In this document: one piece after another, positions 31,702 to 32,000 of the stretch | How positions within the stretch are numbered: position 1 is the stretch's first letter | How the letters are laid out: every line of letters begins with the position of its first letter | Assembly: GCA_963931495.1 (NCBI GenBank) | Contig: OZ007020.1 | Coordinates: forward strand, 780,001 to 812,000 | Reading direction: 5' to 3' | Origin: an uncultured Alphaproteobacteria bacterium | Lineage (GTDB): Bacteria > Pseudomonadota > Alphaproteobacteria > Rs-D84 | Length of the DNA: 32,000 nt | Notes under the pieces: model-generated | What the model saw: the letters and a program-made list of their open reading frames with translations, nothing else | Told to the model about the DNA's origin: nothing | Databases searched by the model: none | Position numbers and translations under genes: made by a program

Positions 31702-32000
31702 ATGAATAAAGACCAAGCCGAAATCACAGGAAAGCAACTGTTCAGGTATTATGTTGTGTACATAACTGAAAAAGTTCTGGAAAACGATCAAACACCATAT
31801 TCTAATCCAAACATCATGCGCAGTTCGTGGCGCAACATCATCCCGTACAGCGAACAAATGGAAAAATTTGTTATTTTTGAAACACGTAATTTTATTCATA
31901 TCTTTCCAAAATCAAAAAGTTTGCGATTCTTGAAACATCTGATTGACGGAATGGCCGATTATTTATCTGCGTATGCACAACAAAATCCGGCATTCCCAAC
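31702..32000 (+). CDS. Hypothetical protein, partial (runs off the right edge)
   Basis: Hand translation: MNKDQAEITGKQLFRYYVVYITEKVLENDQTPYSNPNIMRSSWRNIIPYSEQMEKF..., open to the end of the window. Divergent from priA. No motif recognised. Confidence 0.4.
   Translation, partial: MNKDQAEITGKQLFRYYVVYITEKVLENDQTPYSNPNIMRSSWRNIIPYSEQMEKFVIFETRNFIHIFPKSKSLRFLKHLIDGMADYLSAYAQQNPAFP

Noticed and set aside
31681-31899. 72-aa minus-strand ORF
   Set aside because: It overlaps a longer plus-strand frame that starts at 31702 and stays open to the window end. It has no upstream signals. Both calls remain weak.

Overview
The window looks like part of a reduced, moderately AT-rich alphaproteobacterial chromosome of Rickettsiales or Holosporales type. 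Support: LpxI instead of LpxH, scattered virB7/virB8/virB11 type IV secretion genes, and an frr-uppS-cdsA-rseP-bamA block with no dxr. Housekeeping genes sit at both ends: virB8', a virB7-like gene, bamA, rseP, cdsA, uppS, frr, tRNA-Ala and tRNA-His on the left; birA, virB11, lpxI, two OMP genes, an RNA methyltransferase gene and priA on the right.

The centre (about 6.3-20.9 kb, starting at tRNA-His) is a compact minus-strand phage-derived island. It has T7-supergroup (podovirus) head and tail-tube genes: SleB-like lysin, holin-like protein, scaffold, major capsid, gp11-like adaptor, gp12-like nozzle, large terminase, portal and a MuF-motif/GH108 muramidase. No integrase, replication, tail-fibre or ejectosome genes are visible.

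Main observations:
1. The large terminase is split into separate, intact ATPase and nuclease ORFs by a 3.3-kb opposite-strand cassette. The cassette encodes an alphaproteobacterial-type DnaB, a double-HTH CI/S24-like protein and an unknown 224-aa protein.
2. Near-consensus promoters in the island are each followed at once by one or two intrinsic terminators, an arrangement that suggests antitermination control.
3. A lysine/alanine-rich H1-like gene with 45-bp tandem repeats sits as its own transcription unit between the scaffold and capsid genes.
4. The 3' end of tRNA-His plus its terminator is repeated three to four times, and tRNA-acceptor-like stems bracket GC-rich modules.
5. The GH108 muramidase is followed by a secreted paralogue that lacks the catalytic motif.
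6. There is a candidate 190-nt sRNA with CU-rich (anti-Shine-Dalgarno-like) loops.

Coordinates I derived by hand (RNAs, promoters, terminators, small ORFs) may be off by 1-2 nt, especially next to homopolymer runs. All homology statements come from motif recognition by eye, not from database searches.
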